The notes beneath the pieces are model-generated. The model was given only the letters and a program-made list of their open reading frames with translations, was not told the DNA's origin and did not search any database. Positions 1 to 14,106 of a stretch of 64,000 bases of DNA are shown here, in pieces. The DNA comes from Piromyces finnis finn. Its lineage: Eukaryota; Fungi; Neocallimastigomycota. The DNA is taken from positions 434,001-498,000 of the forward strand of contig MCFH01000035.1 in assembly GCA_002104945.1 (NCBI GenBank). The letters are read 5' to 3'. Each line of letters opens with the position of its first letter. The stretch's first letter is position 1. Made by a program: the position numbers and the translations under genes.

Positions 1-1348
1 GCCAGCCATTAATAAAAATAAATCACCATCTTTATAATTTACTATGCTCTACAAAGTTATATACTAATTTTATGGTATACTCTTGAAGTATTAAATAATA
101 TTTATTATTAAATATACTCTAGTATTCACTGACATTAACAATTCACTCACATTAACAATTTTCACTAGTATTTAAACTAGTATTATTTATTATTTAATTA
201 ATTATAGTATAAAAAAAAGGTCATTAAAATGCTGTAACAAAAAAAAAATTTTTTTTATTCTTTTCAAATTTATCTATTGAATAATTATTATATTCATTTA
301 TTTATACTATTAAATTTATTTATATTTATATTTATATATTTATTAATTTATTTTAAACTATTTTTTTAAAATGATTTTCTTTTCTAGATACTTTTTTTTT
401 GATAAATAAATTCATCCTATAGCATATTAAATCTATTATACATATATTATACTAATATATATAATATATTAGTAATTATATAAAATAGCATGATCTAATT
501 GATAAATAATATATCGTTATACTAATTAATTTTAAATGAACCATTCAATTCTATTTATTATATAATTTATTGATAATCTATTGATAAATATATTAATTAA
601 TATAATAGAAAATATCCTGATTTTTTTTTTTTTTTTTTTACTTTTTCTATAATAATAATAATAAAAAAAAAACTTTTTCGAAATAATAATTAGAATAAAA
701 ACTTTTTAAAAAAGTTTGACTTTTTTATTTTATTAAATTTCTAGTTTCATTCCTTGCTCTATTAAATAAATACAATTTAAAGTGGATGGAATTTTTCATT
801 TTTTTCTTTAATTCCTCGTATGAAAAGTCAATAGAGTTTCAGATATTTTATAATAATAAAAAGGAAATGACATTTTTTTTTTTCCATTCCAAAGAAAATG
901 TGGAATTTTTCATTTAAAAATTTTTATAATAAATAAAGTTATTATATATTATAAATCGACTATAATATATCAAATGAATTAAAATAATTGAAATTTAATT
1001 AAATTTTATATTAAAATTAAAAATTGAATTTTTTTTTTTTTTTTTTTGATTTCAAACTTTACAATTTTTTTTTTCTTTTTAAATTTAAAAAAAAAAAAAA
1101 AATAATTTTTAGAATGAATTAAGGAAGAAACCTTTTTTTTTTTTTACTTTTACTTTTAGGTTTCCTTTTATTAATAAGAATAAATATTTATTTTTATTTA
1201 TATCAATATTTATATTTAAAATTATAATTAAAAAAAAAAAAGGAATATTATTTAAAAAAAAAAAAGAGTTTGGGATAAAAAGGAAATTACACCTTTTATT
1301 ATAAAATCAAAATAAATAAAAAATAAATCAATACTTTTTTTTTTCTCT

Positions 1349-1383
<35 letters not shown>

Positions 1384-2168
1384 CATTATTTAATACAAAA
1401 TAAAAATATTACTTGGGATAATATTCGAGTAAACCAAAGAATAATCAAATTTCTAGAAAGAAATATCAATTGAAAAATAAAAAAAAAAAAACTATTCATA
1501 TTTAAGATATTATAGGTAAAACTTTTTTTTTTTTATATATATATATCAAAAGAAAAAAGGAACATTTATAAAGAATATTACAAAATAATGACATGAGCAT
1601 AGCAATAAAATAAAATAAAAAATAAAATAAAAAATAAAAAAAAAAATAATAAATATTATATTATAATTTTAATAAATTAAAATTAAAAAAATAGAGAAAT
1701 TTTCTATTTTTTACGTTTTCTTTTATTTTTTTTTTTATTATATTTTATATATATATATATATTATATAAAAATATTTATTTTTGACTTTTTTTAATTCTC
1801 TACAAAAAAAAAAAAAAAGTATAAATATATGTTATAGTATTATTAGTAAAAACATAAAAACTTTTTTGGGTGTTACAGAAAATTTTTAAAGTTAAAATAA
1901 AATGACCTTTTTTCTTTAGTAAATACTTTTTCGACTACTTTAAATTTGACTAATTCATTTGTTTAATATATATATATTTATTTATTAATAATAATATCAT
2001 TATTAGAAAAATATAACAAGTAAAATTTATCAAAAGATTTTCTTCTTTTTTTTATTTTGCTGAAAGACTATCAATATATTAAAATCAATAATAACAATAT
2101 TTATATATAATCATATCCTAACCAAAAACCTCATAACATTATTATAATAAAGTAATAATAAAAAGAAA

Positions 2169-3385
2169 ATGTTTGAATATTTTGATTTAGACAAGGATGA
2201 AATAATATATTCATCCAAAATATTTTACTATGTAATACCAATAATTATTATTATTCGTATTTTCATTTTCCGCTTTTTTGAATTTGTTGTTAAATGCTAC
2301 GCAAAAAAGTATTCATCCACTTATCAAACTTTATCGGAAAAACAAAAGAATGACTGGTGCTCAAAATCAACATCAATTTTCCATGCTATTTTAGTTACTA
2401 TGTAATTTTTTTTCCCCTTATATATATATATATACCTATTTTATAGCAAATAATATAAAAAAAAAATATGGAAATAACTAATACTCTTTATTTTAATTAT
2501 TTATGAATACTATCATTCTTCTCATCTACCGCATAAAATTATGTCTATAAATAATAAACATATTGATTAATATGATACAGTTTATGTATACCCCACACAT
2601 TAACTGATATTATTTTCAGAGAAAGTAATAAGGAATTAGCTTTTGGTGTTACCAAAAGAAGAGTTGATATTTTATTATGGACTTTGGCCTACTTAATATA
2701 TGATTCTTACATGATGATTCGTGTTAATCGTCAACAATTATCAAAAGAAATGATCCTTCATCATGTTGTATGTATTTCTGCTTTCCTTTTAGGTTTATAT
2801 ATTAATGTTGGTACAGTATTTATGGCCTCTTTTATTATCAATGAAATTAGTACCCCATTCCTTCATCTCCGTTGGTTCTTCTCTAGAATGAATAAGCGTG
2901 ACTCTCTTATCGCAAATATCAATAATTTAGTTTTTGCTTTTACTTATTTTGTATTCCGTGGGGTATGGAATACCTATGTCTTTTTCGTTCTTTGTAAAGG
3001 ATTTTGGGAATATAGAGGGGAACTTCATAAGAGTGATGTCCCATTCTGTATCATTTCTTGTTTACCAATATTTGCTTTAAGTCACCTTCTCTTAAACTAT
3101 TATTGGCTTTCTATTATTATCTATCGTGTTATTCAAGGAATGTCATGTATTGATAAAATTATTACTGAAAATCAAACTCCACATGAAAACCAACATGAAA
3201 ACCAAATTCATCATGAGGATAATGATAAGCATGAACAATCACAAAATGAAAAAGGAGAGGAACTTGTAGATATTACTGTTTATGGTACTCACACCCAACA
3301 ACCAGAAGATACCAAGAATGCACCAACTTCTACGAATAGTATAAGAACATCAAAGGAAAATACACCATTATTGAAAAAATTATAA
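2169..3385 (+). CDS. TLC (TRAM/LAG1/CLN8) domain membrane protein, TMEM56/TLCD4-like; join(2169..2401,2581..3385), ~345 aa
   Basis: Two ORFs are joined in phase by a GT..CAG intron (2402-2580), giving HAILVTILCIPH...WTLAYLIYDS. TLC-type motifs are present: STSIFHA, AYLIYD, MILHH, NEISTPFLHLRWF, FFVFRG-like TYFVFRG. There are several hydrophobic helices and a polar C-terminal tail. Confidence 0.85.
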
Positions 3386-4471
3386 AGGAATAAGTAGAAA
3401 AAAAAGAACAAAAAAAAATTTTTTTTTTTAAAAGAATTTCTATAATATTTTAATATCTTTTTTTTTTTTTTTCAAGATGAAATAATAAATTTTTTTATAT
3501 ATAAAAAAAAAAAAAGGAAATTATAATATTCAATATAACAATTCATTTAATTCATTTATATACCATAAAGTCAAAATAAAAAAAAAAAAAAAAAAACTTT
3601 AATCAAATAAAGTAGTAACAACAACAACAATAAAAGACTAATAATGAATCAAGGCATTATTAATAAAAAATAAATAATAAATGTGTTTTTTTTTTTTTTC
3701 TTCCAAAGGAAATCATGGAAATCATAATTATATATCTATAGATAATTTCCAATACCTATAGAACACTTTTTTCTAAATTAGATGGTAAACTCATAGACAA
3801 AATAAATAAAACAAACCAAAAAAAAAAAAAAAAGGTCATCTTACTCTATTTATATAAAAAAAAAATAATATAGTATAACATAGAATAGAAAATGATTTAC
3901 TATTTTCTATTAAATTAAAAAATGGATTACCTTTTTTTTTTTTTTTTTTTTTTATATATAACTCTCATTTAAAATAAGAAATAAAATTATTAATAAAATA
4001 TTATATATATTTATCACCATAATAAAATATTTTTTTTTTTTTTAAAAAATTTATTAATAAAAAAAAAAAAGTTTTCATTCTTTTAATATTTTTTTTTTTA
4101 TTTTTGAATTTTATTATTATTATTTTAACAATGGATATAACTATTTAAAAAAAAAAAAAATTTTTTTTTATCTAGGGTAATGGTAAAATAAAGAGGTTTA
4201 TAATTTTTTTTTTTTTTTTTGAAAGGATTGGGTATGAAAATGTTAAATAATAGATAAATGTGGCGTGTGTGGAAAAAAAAAAAAAAAAAAATTGGGTATG
4301 CTATTGAGAAAATAATAATAATAGTAATAATAATAATAATAAATCATATACAATAGGAATATATTATCATTTTTAATTATTATCATTAGGTGGAAATAAT
4401 AATAATTTTTTTTTTTTTTTTTTTTTTGTGGGTAATGAATATTATTTTAATAATGATTTTTTTTTTTTTTT

Positions 4472-7400
4472 TTATAAAATATTTAAAAGGGATAAATCAT
4501 AATCCATTTCATTAGAATTTAATCCGTTACAACTTTCAGTTGTTTTTTTCTAGAAAAGGATAATTTTTGTCAAGATAAAAAATAAATAGAATTAGTTTAT
4601 ATATTATTATCACTATTACTATATACTACTACTAATAAAAAATAAATAGTAAGGATAAAAAAAAAAAAATTTTTTTTATTTACCTTGGTAGAAATTGAAG
4701 AATGAGATAAATTAGTGGAAGAGGTACTTGACATAGGGATGGTAGTGGGGGCAGTAGAAGAATGATGTTGTTGTTTTTTCATTTCACGAGAATGATTTCT
4801 ATAACGATTATTACGTTTTTCTTTATGAAGAACGGGCGTTGAAAAGGTTGCTAAAACAGTGGCAGCTTCTAATATACCTAAAAAAAAAAAAAGATTAATA
4901 TCTAATACATTTTATATTTTTAAATAATAAATATATATACCTTTCTTTGGGTGGAATGGAGGATTAATCTTCTTTTTATCCATAACTAATAAAGAAAAAA
5001 TGGTAATTTGATTTATTATTAGTTAAAATAATACACATATATATATATATCATTTTATTATTATTATTATTAATTTTTTAATCTATAGATTTCATAATTT
5101 ATTTATTTATTATTATTTTTTTTTACCTTTCTTTCTTTGATAGGAACACATTTCTTTCATGAGTTGATAATAATTATGTCCAATTTTATGATTTAATTCT
5201 AATTTTAATTTATGTTTATTATCCTATAAAAATATCATAAATAGGAATTAATAAAATAAAAAAAATTTTTTGATTTTATATTTAAATAAATAAAATTAAA
5301 TAAATACCACAAAAGTATTGTTAATTAAATGAACATTATTTTGATAGGTTTTATGAATACAATCCAAGGAAGCTTCTCTATTCTTTTTAGCAAATTTAAT
5401 ACGATTAAAAAGTTCTTCTTTCAAACTATTTTGTTGAATTTCAAAATCTGGGTGAATATCTTTTGATAATTTTTTATTTTTTTTTTTTTTTAAAAAAAAA
5501 AAAGAAAAATTATGATTAGTAATGAATATAAAGGATAAAATAATATATTTAATTCGAATTACTCTTTTTAATCAATTCTTCTTCGTGTTTTAAACGGTTA
5601 AATTTTAATTGATATAATCTATATTTAGTAAAAAGGAAAAATAATATAAATAAATGAAATTTAATTTTTTTTTTTTTTAAAAAAAACTATTATTGTTGTT
5701 GTATATCTATAGTATAAAAAAAAAAAAGAATACTGACTCATCTCTTAAAAGATCAACAGTTCTAAGTGTATGGTAAATTTTATTTTTTATGGTTTCAGCA
5801 AAAAAATAGTTATACGGCGTGTCTTCCTCTGAAAAAGGTAAAGAAATAGAAGAGGTTTCATTTAATTTTAAATCAAATGATTCAGACCCTTTGTTACCCG
5901 AATTTTCTATAGATAGAATGGAAGTATCCGTTTCAAAAGAAGAATTAGACAAGGAAAGATATGATTTCATTGGTGGAGATAAGGGTTTCGTACTTTCTTC
6001 CACACTAGAATCAAGAGGAGTAGGAAGATAGGTGGATCCAAAGGCGGTTGAACTTTCTTGTTTGTCAGATTTGCAGGTTTTGAATCTTTCCATTTCTACA
6101 TCCTCTAAACTTTTCTCTGGATCTGGGGTTAGAATAGATGATGGATCATAGGTATACGATGTGGAGGATTGAAGCAATGAGGAATGGGAGAGTGAAGTAG
6201 AAGCCTCGGGGAAATTAGACATTTCATCCATAAGAGGGGTAGTCATAGATTGGGTTGTAGTCACCGATAAAGATGGAAGTGGTAAGGCTTGTGAAAGATT
6301 GGAAGATTCTCGACAAAGATAATGAATAGAAGGCTCTTCTTCCTTCCATTTGATAAGATCAATGACTTCTGTATTCTTGCTATGATAGTCCGTCAGACCT
6401 ATAGAATCTATAGTGTTATCACTATAAATGGTGGTATAATTATCAATATGAGAATCCAAACCTTCCTTGGTGACAATATTGTTTAAGAGTTTAAAAAGCT
6501 CATTTTTAATATATATATTACTGTGAGTGTTAAGGGAGGGGGTTATATCATATTCATCCTCGGTAACATTCAAACGATTGAGTTGATCAATCACTTGGCG
6601 TGTTAACATTTTTTGTTTTAATAAAGTCGAGGATTCTATCGGGACTTGAATATCCTGAGATGCCTTCTTTATTTTCAAAAGGTGAGGATCAACATTTGAT
6701 TGATCATAGTCATTTGATGAATCTACAAAGGAACGACTACGACTTAAAAGGGTAGGGTTTTTAATATTGCCAATAACCATTATAGGTTGTTTTAGACAAC
6801 CTCCCATTTCATTATTTCTAATTTTACACTTTTTATGATGGAATGCTTTCAATGAGGTTTCTATGTTGATAGAATCATCATTGTCCGTGAATAGGCTATT
6901 ATCAAGATTTTCTTCTTCGTCATAATGACTATTTTCTTCAATGTCTTCATCAACATCAATATCAATATCGTCATCAATATCAATATCAAAATCATCATCA
7001 TCAATAGTACTATTATTACCAAGGTCTTCATCATCATCATCATCATCATCATTAAATTCACCCTTTCTTTTATATTTTCGATTCTTTTCTTCTTCTATTT
7101 TTATCATTTTCTCAATTTCCTCTTCTAAATGATCTTCCTCTTCCTCATCGGAATCCAAAGGCTTGATTTCAGGTTCATTCAACTTTTCATTTTTATGTTT
7201 TGATTGGATTTTATACTTTTTATGAATGTCATCTCTTATGGTTTCCATGGATTCCATTTTAGATTTTAATTTTTTACCAAATAAATCAAACCGATGGTCC
7301 TTTTCTTCCTCTAAATCAAGTATTTTTACTTTGCTTTTCTCGAGAGGTAACATTGATTTATTTTTTTTAAGGGATGAACCTAAAATACGAGACTTTAACG

Positions 7401-10400
7401 AGGCAGATTTTGTGGTTGAAGTTTGAGATTTAGGTTTGAAAATAATATGGGTATCAGAATGATTTTTAGAATGACGATTGTAATTATCGGATTCATAACA
7501 ATCATTTTTAGTAATTATTTTCTTTGAGTGGTTGTTGTTGTTGTTGTTGTTGGATAAAGTATTAGTGGTAATTAGAATGGAAGTTGAATTAGATGAAAGA
7601 TGGCGTGGTCGATGAGAACGATTATTAGTGTCATTAATATCATTATTTCTATCGATATCTTTACTATTCTTTTGATTTATTTGACTTATTGGAAGTTTTT
7701 GCTTCTTTATTGGGGTATTCACATTCGATTTAATCCCATTTTCCCTTTTACTATAATAATAACTTTTATCGGTAGGATTGCTACTTCTTGATTCATCTTC
7801 TTCTATGGTATCATTATCATCATGTCTATCTTCTTCTTTAATAAAAGTATCATAATACTTTTTTTTAGAGTGGGAATGTCCTTTCTTTGAATGACTTAAA
7901 CGACCATTTTTATCGGTAGCATCATCCCATTCTGAGCTGGAATCCATATCGTCATACATATAGGAAGATTCTTCCGTAGTGACAGTAGCTGTTCGATGAT
8001 GGCGAGATGAAAGAGAAAAAAATGAATACCCTTTTTTTAATTTATATTGTTTACTATGATGGATTTTCATGTGACCTTTCTTAGGATCATCAGGGAAAGC
8101 AGTCAATTTTTGTGATGTGATGGCAATAGTTGAACTAGAGGTATCATCCGAATTTATATCAGACTCTTGATAATCATAATCATTCTCATTTTCATCTTCT
8201 AATTTATAATCATAGTCATTTTCATTTTCATAAATAGTTTCATTAATGGCATCGTGAAAGTGGGAAGATTCATCTTCAAAATCTAGATTAGAAGAAAGGG
8301 ATAATTTTGGATTTCTAATTTCGGAAATATTCCTTATATCACTTGATTTTATTTTTGATAAAGGTTTGAATATTTTTTGTTCTTTTAATCGCTTAAATAT
8401 CATTTTTTCTTTTAATCGTTTTGATTCTTTATCTAAGGAAAGATGATGATGGTGATGATCTTTATCATTATATTTAAAATTTTCTTCATCCGCATTTTCT
8501 GTTTCTTTATCAACAAAATCATTTATCTTCATTTTCTTATTTTTTGTTGGATGCAATGAACCTAAAGAATGATCATATTTTGAATTCTTTATACCTTTAA
8601 TCTTTGGAGTACTCTTATGACTCTTATATTTATCATGATCATCTGAAATTTCTTCATAGTCATTTTTATCATCTTCTGCAGTATTATTCCTTTCTGAACG
8701 ATGATGCTGATTATCTAAATTTGCAAATAATTCTTCTATTTCACTAATATTATCCTCTGATGAATACATACCATAATATTTAGAATTAACAGAGCTAATT
8801 TCAGACCGACAAGAACGATGAGGTTGTCTTCTATAATAATATAATGTTGAATCATTTTCATATTTACTATTGACCTTTGTCTTTTTCATCTTTAAATTTT
8901 TAGGTTTTTCACTATCTTGGTTATCTTCAAGGCTTTTCCGAACCTTTTCTTTATCGTCATCTGATATAGTGTTATATTTTGAAGACGAATGATCATTTTT
9001 TTGAATTTCTTTACTACCAAAACTTTGATTATTATTATTATTAATCAATTTTTCTATTATACAATAATAATATAATCATAAAAAATTTTAATATATATAT
9101 AAATGAAAATGAAATAATTTTTTTTAAAAAAAAAATAAATAAAATTATTTATTTTATAAATTGATATAAAAAAAAAAAAACTATAATTACTTACTTTTAT
9201 CTTTTTCTATTACTCTATCTTTAGGTGATATAGGAAGGTTATCTTTATGAATTTTATTATTTTTACTATGTTTATCATTTCTTTCAAAATGGCTCAAAGA
9301 ACTGGAATGTTTCAACATTCCTTTTCTTTCTTCAAAATAAATATCAAAAACGCTTTTACAACGTTTTCTTTTTCTATTGGTAATTAATGTTTCAGAAAAA
9401 TCAAAATCGGATTCACCCTCACTTACATGAGGAGATAATATTGGAGTTATGTCTCTATATTTTTCTCTACGAATTGATGATATATCTTCATTCCGATGAG
9501 ATTTATGAATTTTCGTTATGGAATGATCTCGTGAGCTTAATTTAGGTAATGCTTTTAGTAAATAGGAAGTGTCTTTATGTTTAGTTTTTATCTTTTCATT
9601 TTCTAATACAGGCGATAATGAATTATATTTATTTATTTTATGCTGTTTTTTTTTATAATTATTATTAACATCCCTTGATAAAGAGGATGATTCTAAATTA
9701 GAATGACTTTTACGGTGATCATGACTTGACAATTTTGTATTTTTTACTTTACTATGAAAAGAATTTTGGTTTTTAGAATGATTTGAGTGAGTCAATGAAA
9801 AATCATATTTTTTGTTTGATTCACCCAATATTTTTTTTTCGTGGTTTAGCAAGGGGTTAGTAACCTTTGGATAAGCCTGTATTTTATCATTATTTTTTAC
9901 TATATTTGAATTGATGATTTTATTATCTTGTTTATGATGTGTACTCATATTGTTATTTAGATTATTATCGGAATAAGGTTTGGAATGGTAATGGTGATTC
10001 ATATTCTTAGCTTCTATTATATTAGAACTATTATGATAATTTTTGTTATAGTTGGTGTTGGTTGTATTATTTGATTTTGTACTTTCAATAGAAATAGTAG
10101 TTATATTGGTATAATCATTAATATTTGTATTAGATTTAGAAGATAGGGTGGTATATGTTTCATTATTTTTCTCATTTGTATTATTATGGGTTGTAATGAA
10201 ATTATCTATTTCTTTATTTTTATTGTTCGACGAAATCATCTTTTCATTACTGCTATTTGAAATGTTATAAAAGTTTGGTTGGTTTAATTTTATGTGGATA
10301 TCATTAAACAATCCTTCAGTTTTTGATGAAGAATGGGAGTCTTTTATTATTGTTTCTTTAGTTTCAGCTATAATTTTGGTTTCATGATTTTCATGATAAT

Positions 10401-10794
10401 TATTATTATTATTGTCATTACCATTATTAATTGAATTGTGGTTTATACTTAACATTGTTTTATCATTTTGTTCTTTAAAATTTTTCTTTTTTACACCTTG
10501 TGAAACTATTTCTTTTCTATTTTCAAATGGATAATCTGTAATAATTTGAAATTCCGAATTTTTAATTTTATAATTTTTATTAAGTTTTAATTCATCTTTT
10601 GAATTAATTTTTAAATTATCCAATTTTGATGAAGAATTTTCGTAATTACTACGTATTGAAAATTCTGCCGCTGGTGGGATTTCAATGTTACTATTATCAG
10701 AGAGAATTTCTGAATTTCTGACTTTTTCTTTTAAATTAAATGAAAATTTTTCAATTGACATTACGGCTGGTATAACTTTTTTGATTGTTGACAT
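4472..10794 (-). CDS. Sds3-like (Sds3/Dep1/BRMS1 family, Sin3-Rpd3L HDAC subunit) protein with a very long low-complexity N-terminus; complement(join(4472..4549,4684..4877,4941..4985,5127..5223,5308..5459,5563..5618,5738..9053,9195..10794)), ~1,845 aa
   Basis: The 535-aa and 1113-aa ORFs plus six small exons splice in phase with GT..AG at all 7 introns. The spliced C-terminus reads LRDELYQLKFNRLKHEEELIKKNIHPDFEIQQNSLKEELFNRIKFAKKNRE...DNKHKLKLELNHKIGHNYYQLMKE and ends CNGLNSNEMDYDLSLLNIL*. This fits the Sds3-like coiled coil with its HP motif and the GL..EI..DL end motif. Confidence 0.75.
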
Positions 10795-13700
10795 AATTGT
10801 CTTTTTCTGAATAAAATAAGAATATATTATTTACACAATTTTAATATCTATTTAAATATTTATGAATAATTTATATGTATAAGTATAAAAGTAATAAAAT
10901 TAAAAATTATAATTAAATCAATTATTATAAAATGAATTAAACGTATATATTCTATGTTTATTGTATGCATTATATTTTCAGTTAAATCAACATTTGAATA
11001 GACTTTGTATTTTATTGACAATTTAAAATAAATCATTTTAAAATTCGATGTTTATCTCTAAAATTGTCTTAATAATTTTAATCTATATTCTAAATTCCTT
11101 AATAAATTCTATTATTGTTAATAGAATTTATTATTACTTTATTCTATATAATTTAAATGTTTTAAATAAATTCCATTCTTAATTTTATTGTTCTTTTTTA
11201 ATCATACTTTACATCATTCCCATTATATCAATTAATTTTAAATTATAATTTAATAGATACATTTAAAATTGAAAAAATTGTTATTTCACAATATTTATTA
11301 TATACATCTTTACAGAATAATTATGTTTAAATTTTTCAAGAGTATTTTTTATTTTACTAAATTTCATGATTTCATTTAAAATTAAATCATTTTTTTTCCA
11401 TTTATTAATATTTATTGTTTATTCGCATGTTTATCATTATTATTTTATTTTATTTTAGTTTTTGATAAAAATTGCCTATTGATATTTTTATTAATTTCTT
11501 TAATAATAAATGTGCAATTCATTTTTTTCATTTTAATTAATTATCCATTTTTAATTTAGAATCATCACAATGCAAAGTATTATTTTTCTTAAAAAAAAAA
11601 AAAGTGATAATGATAATAATATATTAATAATAATTAAAAATGTTACCTTATAATTGACCTTTTAATTAGAATATTTAGTTAATTTATATTACAATTGATA
11701 AGATAGAAAGTTTATGAATTTATTAATACATTTTTTTTTTTAAGAAATAATTCTATATATACAATAATTGTAAAGATATTATTTGTTATTGTATTGTTTG
11801 TTTTATTGTTGTTCTATGTATATATTTTTTAAAAGGAAATAAATTAGAAAAAAAAAAGTCTATATATTATATTTATAAAAATTATAATTTCAAAATTAAG
11901 AAACTAAAAAAGTTACAATTAAACTATAATGCAAATTTAAAACAAAAAATAAAAATTTCAATTGTAAAAAAAAGAGTTTTAATTATATTATTAGTTTATA
12001 GTTGTGTTTTTATATATATTTATTTTTGAATTCATTAAATAATCAAGGCATTTGTTGTTAATAATTTAATTGAAATGTTAATTTTAACTATAGATAATTA
12101 AATATACTATAAAAGAAGAGAGGTATATTCTTTTTTTTTTTTTTTTTTACTATCTTTTTACTTTTACGAACTTAATAAAAACTTAAATTTTATTATTGTT
12201 TTTTGTATTTGAATATATTATAATATATTATTTTATTTAATTTATTATATTCAATTTTAATATAAAAATTAACTATAATTAATATAAAAATGTTTTTTTT
12301 TTTTTAACTTTTTATTTATTAATTCTAATGAAATATAAAAAATATATTTATTAGAATATATTAGAATATATTGTAAAAATATAAATTTATTATCCTCAAT
12401 TAAAATTTTTATATTCAGATTATTTATTAAAAATTATGAAAAAGTAATTTTAATTAAGGAAAAAAGTGTGTGCTGGAATGACAAGAGAAAGAAAGGAAAA
12501 GCAATATCTATTAATACACTAATACATATTATAAAAAAAAAAAAGGAAAAAGAAATATAAACATAGAATATAATTAAAATTAATTTCAATGTAACTTATA
12601 ATTATTATTGAAATATCAATTATTTAACTATAATTAAAATGAATGATCCTACAGCTGGTGTATTCTATTTCTTTATATAAAGTAAATGTAACATATTATA
12701 ACCCTAGGACTTTATTTCTTTTACAGACTTAAAATTAAGATTAATTATTGATCTAAAATACCTTTTAATATTTAGTTCATACTCCTTTTCTTTTAAAAAT
12801 CGAAAAAATAATTCGTAATTATTATATTATAGCTTTTTAAAAGTCGAAAAAAAAAACTTGTCAATTATAAAATATAGAGCAACTCATTATTTTAAATGCT
12901 AAAAAAAACATATATATATATATATAATAATGTATCTAATTTTTAATTCTAAATCAATTGATTTTATTCTATCAAGTATTTATGCAATAATTATCTTATA
13001 ACAGAAGGTGTAGTGATAATGCCATTTTTATTTTAAATATATTCTTCCCTTCTTCATATCGATTTTTTTATCTATAAAATTATCTCCCTACATTGCAAAT
13101 ACATTATGATTACATTTTAATACGTTTATAATACATTCTTAATATAAAAAAAAATAAATTAAAAAAGGAAAAAAAAAACAAAAGGCAATTGATAATTTTA
13201 TATTTTTGAAATTTGAATTTAGTTAAAGAAATTTGTTAATGTTTATTTGAAATCTATAAATTTTATGAAATTCAAAACTTGATAAATTATAATAATATAA
13301 ATGTTAATATGTCTAATATAAAGATTATATATATTTTAACAAAAGAAAAAAAAAGTGTATATTCAATTTATATAAAATTTGTTTTTTTTTTTTTTTTTTT
13401 TTTTTGCATATTTTATATATTGTCTATTGAATAAAAGTGAAAATTGAAATAATCGTTGTGAATCTGTATATTTAAAATCAATTAATGTTTATTAGGAAAA
13501 AAAAAAATAATTATATTTATAATAGTAATAAAATTAATATTCATTTATGTTCTTTTATTATAATTAATTTTACATTATCCTTTTAATTTTTATAATAAAA
13601 AAATTTTTTTATTATATTTTTATTAATAATACATTCAAAATTATAAAGTCGAACTGAAAATAAAAACATTGAATAAAAAAAAACTACATAAAATGTAATT

Positions 13701-14106
13701 TTCTTTCAATATTTTTTCTTTCTTTTTTAATAATAATAATAACAATAAAAAGTCTTTCTTTAAATTATTTTTATTTATTTATTTTCATTTATATATGAAT
13801 ATGTATAGTAGAATAAAATTAATACTATATAAAATATTACTTTATATACTTACCAATATTATATAATTATATATATAAATATTGGTAAATACATACGTTT
13901 TTCTATTAATTATTATCTAGTATTGTATTTAACCTCTTTTTTCTTTTTTTAAGTTATTCATTAAATAATTTAATTTCTATAGTTAATAAAATTAATGGTT
14001 GTCGAAGTAAAATAGTTACAGATATTATTATTACTTTTAGTAATAGTAGTGGTGATGATGGTGGTAATGATATTATTTACTATTATTATTATTTTATTTT
14101 TTTATT

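Noticed and set aside
5819-7791. Short plus-strand and alternative-frame ORFs overlapping the Sds3-like gene (5819, 6861, 6925, 6941, 7226, 7600)
   Set aside because: These are antisense or shifted-frame shadows of low-complexity coding sequence (GAT/AAT repeats), with no independent signals.
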